Below, piece by piece: positions 33,714 through 37,026 of a stretch of DNA of 37,026 nt. Within the stretch, counting starts at the first letter, position 1. Each line of letters begins with the position of its first letter. Both the position numbers and the translations under genes were made by a program. Origin of the DNA: an uncultured Treponemataceae bacterium (lineage in GTDB: Bacteria > Spirochaetota > Spirochaetia > Treponematales > Treponemataceae); assembly GCA_964470435.1 (NCBI GenBank), contig CAYYCW010000001.1, forward strand, positions 1 through 37,026. Reading direction: 5' to 3'. The notes below the pieces were generated by a model. That model saw only the letters and a program-made list of their open reading frames with translations. It did no database searches and was not told where the DNA came from.

Positions 33714-35327
33714 ATGGAAATTGTAAGCTTTTCACGCTTTGGGTACGAGGGCGAAATTGTAAAAATTGAAACAGACTTGCGAAAGGGCATTCCCGCCACA
33801 GAAATTGTAGGCTTGCCCGACGGTGCAGTGCGGGAATCTCGCGAGCGAGTTAAGGCTGCCATTATCAACTCTGGTCTTGAATTCCCAAAGGAGCGCGTTT
33901 TGATTAATCTTAGCCCCGCGGACTTAAAAAAGGAAGGAAGCTCCTTTGACTTGGCAATAGCGCTTTCTGTGCTTTCTGCAAAGGAGGCTCCCCAAGATGA
34001 GGCGGACTGCAGCGCAGTTATGGTTTTAGGCGAGCTTGAGCTTTCAGGGGTGGTGCGGAAGGTTCGTGGCATTTCTTCTGCGGTAGCCTTAGCCATTGAA
34101 AGCGACATTAACACCTTTATCCTGCCTAAGGAAAACTCAAGCGAAGCTGAAATCTTTCCAAAGGCAAGAATTTTCCCCGTTTCTAACCTTGAAGAAGCTT
34201 ATACTCTTCTAAAGGAAGGAAACCTTAACTTGAGCAAGGATGATGTAGCGGAAGGCGAAGCAGGTTTTAACCAAAGGAAGGCGGCTAAGGCGCAAGAAGA
34301 ATACGAGGTTCTTTGGCCAGATGATACGTTTGAACTTGGTACCTTCGATGACATTGCAGGGCAGGGCACCCTTATACGCGCGCTAGAAATAGCGGCAGCT
34401 GGAGGTCATCATGTGCTAGTGTACGGGCCTCCCGGCTGCGGAAAAACAATGGCTATAACGCGCTTTCCTACAATACTGCCGCTTTTGGATGCAGACACTT
34501 CAGCTGTGCTTACACGAATACGCGGCACAGCGGGCGTTGCTGACACGAGCCCAAGCGGAATGCTTTTAAGCGCGCCTTTTAGGGTGCCGCACCAAAACTC
34601 AAGCCTAGAAGGAATGGTCGGTGGCGGAAAGCATTGCGCGCCAGGCGAAATATCATTAGCGCATGGCGGCGTGCTCTTCCTTGACGAGGCAGCCCTTTTT
34701 CGCTCAAGCGTTTTGCAAGCATTGCGCGCACCTCTTGAAGCAGGCGTAGTAAGCTTAAGCCGGGCGGAAAGGCATACAACCTTCCCCGCGCGCTTTCAGC
34801 TTTTAGCCGCGATGAATCCCTGCCCTTGCGGAAAGTTTGGCGTGCCCGCAAGGGTTTGCACTTGCGCTCCAGCTATGATAAACCGCTATTGGCAGCAGCT
34901 CGCGGAGCCCATCCTAGACAGAATTGACATTCGCGTTGAAGCTTCACTTCCTGCATACGCCGCGGAAGAAAAAAAAGCGCAAACGCACTCTGTGCAAGAG
35001 AGGCTGCGCAAAAGCGTAAGTTGCGCGCGCCTTATCCAGTGGCAGCGAAACCGCGACCGCGAAAGGCAGTATTCAGGCCCTGACTGGCTAAACGCCTATC
35101 TCACCTCTAAAGAAATTGCTTGCTATTGCGCGCTTTCTGAAAGCGCCCGCCTTTTTCTAAAAGAAGCGGCGGAAAGGCTAAAGCTTTCAGGGCGCAGCAT
35201 CCACAGCCTGCTTAAAGTGGCACGCACAATAGCGGATATGGATAAAAGCCAAACAATAGAAGAAGAGCATTTAGGGGAAGCTGTTGGCTTTAGAACATGG
35301 GGGCACACAGTGCCTGATTTTTTGTGA
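33714..35327 (+). CDS. comM: YifB/ComM-family Mg-chelatase-like AAA+ ATPase
   Basis: It has an N-terminal Lon-protease-like domain (GLPDGAVRESRERVKAAIINSG), Walker A VYGPPGCGKTM, Walker B GVLFLDEA and the C-terminal LSGRSIHSLLKVARTIADM. Confidence 0.9.
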   Translation: MEIVSFSRFGYEGEIVKIETDLRKGIPATEIVGLPDGAVRESRERVKAAIINSGLEFPKERVLINLSPADLKKEGSSFDLAIALSVLSAKEAPQDEADCSAVMVLGELELSGVVRKVRGISSAVALAIESDINTFILPKENSSEAEIFPKARIFPVSNLEEAYTLLKEGNLNLSKDDVAEGEAGFNQRKAAKAQEEYEVLWPDDTFELGTFDDIAGQGTLIRALEIAAAGGHHVLVYGPPGCGKTMAITRFPTILPLLDADTSAVLTRIRGTAGVADTSPSGMLLSAPFRVPHQNSSLEGMVGGGKHCAPGEISLAHGGVLFLDEAALFRSSVLQALRAPLEAGVVSLSRAERHTTFPARFQLLAAMNPCPCGKFGVPARVCTCAPAMINRYWQQLAEPILDRIDIRVEASLPAYAAEEKKAQTHSVQERLRKSVSCARLIQWQRNRDRERQYSGPDWLNAYLTSKEIACYCALSESARLFLKEAAERLKLSGRSIHSLLKVARTIADMDKSQTIEEEHLGEAVGFRTWGHTVPDFL

Positions 35328-35338
35328 GTAGATGAAAT

Positions 35339-35359
35339 CTTATAAGCTTATAGCTTAGG
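35339..35359. repeat. Short degenerate heptad repeat (3 units)
   Basis: It reads CTTATAA GCTTATA GCTTAGG, beginning 12 nt after the comM stop. Confidence 0.4.
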
Positions 35360-35460
35360 AAATGCTGATTAATAGCACAATATTGCCAGGCGCAACACTT
35401 AAAAGAAACTTGTAAGTCATGAATTAATCACCATTTCCTCAAAGTTCCCAAGCAGAGCTT

Positions 35461-36687
35461 TTAGCGCTTCGGGTCTATTCTGCTACGGTAAACTGTCGTA
35501 AGATTCCCGTTGCCGCCTTTTATAATTTCAAGCATGAACACAGACTTTATAGGATTCCTGTTTTTATCAAATGAAATATAGCCAGTAACATAGCTGCCGT
35601 TGGTTTTGCTTAGGGCATCGCGTATTGCGGCAGAATCCGACAAGTCATCAACTTTCAAAAGTGCATCCCGTAGAATATAGGCGCAGTCATAGCCAAGCGC
35701 TCCAAACGCTTTAGGTTTAATTCCGTATCTAGACTCATAGTTCCTTGCAAAGGCTGTTGCCTTTGGATCGGTAGAGTTCACGGCGTAATGGTTGGAATAA
35801 AAAGCATTAAGCATTTCATTTCCCGCAATGTCAGTAACGCCGTCCCAGCCGTCAGAACCTATAATCGGCGTATTTATGCCAGAATTCCTAAGCTGCCCTG
35901 CAATCAAGGATGCTATATTGTAATAGTCGGGAATATAGACAATATCAGGATTGTCTCTTCTTATCTTGGTTATTTGCGCGTAAAAGTCGATGTTTCCCGT
36001 GGAGTAGGATTCTGATGTTACCGCTCCGCCCGCGGCTTCAACAGCATTCTTGAAAGTTTCATAAAGTCCAACTGAATAGTCGTTTGAAATATCATAGAGA
36101 ACAGCCGCCCTTCTAATGCCAAGCTCCTCGGTTGCAAAGCGCCCGGCAGCCGTTCCCTGTAAGGGGTCAATAAAGCAAGCCCTAAATATAAAGTCGCCAA
36201 CTTCTGTAACGGGAACGGCTGTAGCCGCAGGAGTCAGCAAAACCACCTGTTGTGCCTGCGCAAGTGAGGCGGCAACTATTGTGCAGTTCGAAGTAATAGA
36301 ACCGATCATCACATTAACCCCATCCCTAGTAACAAGTTTACTGTATGCATTTGCCGTTATTTCAGGGGTGCCCTCGTCGTCTTCAACAATAAGCTCTAAC
36401 GGACGGCCGTTTACGCCGCCTGTAGCGTTAATTTCCTCAAATGCAAGCTCAACTCCGTTTAGGCAGTCAAGGCCGTATATGGCGATAGAGCCAGAAAGCG
36501 GTAAAATGCCGCCTATTCTTATAGGGGTACCATGTATGCCTGGAAGAGGATCAGCTTTTCTTATGAGAGGGGTGGTTGTGTTTGGGCCTTTCTGTATGTA
36601 TTGTACTACTCTAGTGGCAACGTAGAGAACAAGGCTTGCTGCAAGCGCGATAAGCAGAACCACTACGACTATCTTATAGATTTTCAT
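35461..36687 (-). CDS. ABC transporter substrate-binding protein, branched-chain amino acid (LivJ/LivK, Peripla_BP_6) type, with an uncleaved-looking N-terminal anchor
   Basis: IRIGGILPLSGSIAIYGLDCLNGVELAFEEINATGGVNGRPLELIVEDDEG is typical of LivJ-family binding proteins. The N-terminus KIVVVVLLIALAASLVLYVA has no lipobox Cys. Confidence 0.85.
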   Translation of the reverse strand: MKIYKIVVVVLLIALAASLVLYVATRVVQYIQKGPNTTTPLIRKADPLPGIHGTPIRIGGILPLSGSIAIYGLDCLNGVELAFEEINATGGVNGRPLELIVEDDEGTPEITANAYSKLVTRDGVNVMIGSITSNCTIVAASLAQAQQVVLLTPAATAVPVTEVGDFIFRACFIDPLQGTAAGRFATEELGIRRAAVLYDISNDYSVGLYETFKNAVEAAGGAVTSESYSTGNIDFYAQITKIRRDNPDIVYIPDYYNIASLIAGQLRNSGINTPIIGSDGWDGVTDIAGNEMLNAFYSNHYAVNSTDPKATAFARNYESRYGIKPKAFGALGYDCAYILRDALLKVDDLSDSAAIRDALSKTNGSYVTGYISFDKNRNPIKSVFMLEIIKGGNGNLTTVYRSRIDPKR

Positions 36688-36737
36688 TTAATAGCTCCTT
36701 CTTTATCAATACATAAGAGCAAAAGGCAATCCAGCCA

Positions 36738-37026
36738 TCAGCTCTCTTGTCTTTTATACCTCTTTGTCTCCGCCCGTATTCTCGCGGCAATCTCTTGTCG
36801 CGGAATGCGCACTTGCTCCATTGAGTCGCGGAAGCGCAAGGTAACGGTGCCGTCCTCCTTTGTCTGGTAGTCAACGGTAACGCAAAAAGGAGTGCCCGCC
36901 TCGTCCTGCCTGCGGTAGCGCTTGCCGATTGCGCCCGACTGGTCGTAGTCGGCGGCAAAGTCTTCCTTTAGCTCGCCCTGAATGTCGCGGGCAAGCTCGG
37001 CAAGCCCGTCCTTTTTCATTAGCGGC
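36738..37026 (-). CDS. glyQS: Glycine--tRNA ligase (class II, GlyQS type), C-terminal anticodon-binding domain only (the 5' part lies beyond the window end)
   Basis: GAIGKRYRRQDEAGTPFCVTVDYQTKEDGTVTLRFRDSMEQVRIP matches the GlyRS C-terminus. The frame stays open upstream of the Met at 37019, reading ..PLMKK. Confidence 0.85.
   Translation of the reverse strand, partial: PLMKKDGLAELARDIQGELKEDFAADYDQSGAIGKRYRRQDEAGTPFCVTVDYQTKEDGTVTLRFRDSMEQVRIPRQEIAARIRAETKRYKRQES

Noticed and set aside
35366-35430. An 8-bp inverted repeat, TGATTAAT ... ATTAATCA, separated by 49 nt between comM and the binding-protein gene.
   Set aside because: It is an all-AT-rich stem with a large loop and no U-tract, so it is unlikely to be a stable structure or terminator.
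36738-37026. An apparent GC jump (about 60-67% in glyQS versus about 40% in the adjacent binding-protein gene) as a horizontal-transfer boundary.
   Set aside because: Spot counts elsewhere show local GC swings of the same size inside obviously native genes (about 67% in rimO, about 42% in nifJ). This needs a proper windowed and codon-usage analysis.

Overview
By eye, this 37-kb window is ordinary, densely packed chromosomal core from a spirochaete-like bacterium. A Treponema-type origin is my inference from the gene repertoire (PPi-PFK, PFOR, GerMN, HDOD, and a cheW / DegT-like / nadK / recN block). I call about 31 protein genes. Most are housekeeping: a partial UvrD/PcrA helicase, rimO, a RodZ-like gene, metA, an RluA synthase, the der operon, pfp, queH, two SpoU-family methyltransferases, nifJ/PFOR, Hsp20, a CoA-disulfide-reductase-rhodanese fusion, cheW, nadK, recN, comM, an ABC binding protein and partial glyQS. 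I saw no rRNA, tRNA, CRISPR array, transposase, integrase or recognisable defence or toxin module. I did not find a convincing novel multi-gene system.

What the gene calls leave unexplained is mostly non-coding:
1. A family of heptad-periodic, stop-codon-rich spacers, including a perfect (GCTCTAA)x7.4 array between two divergent promoters.
2. A full-consensus sigma54 -24/-12 element with an upstream palindrome in front of hsp20.
3. An 85-nt nested-stem structure followed by a U-tract in the metA leader.
4. A GC-rich, heavily self-complementary 113-nt block flanked by 11-nt direct repeats.
5. Two decayed genes: a lipoprotein with a single in-frame TAG, and ankyrin-repeat remnants.
6. Protein-level oddities: a tandem HD protein with a degenerate N-terminal copy, a DegT-like protein with Arg in place of the PLP lysine, an HATPase-HDOD fusion, and a divergent UDPGP-family protein.

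All calls come from reading translations and motifs by eye. No database search, alignment or folding was run. Several ORF-track starts use TTG/GTG and were trimmed to the likely ATG/RBS.
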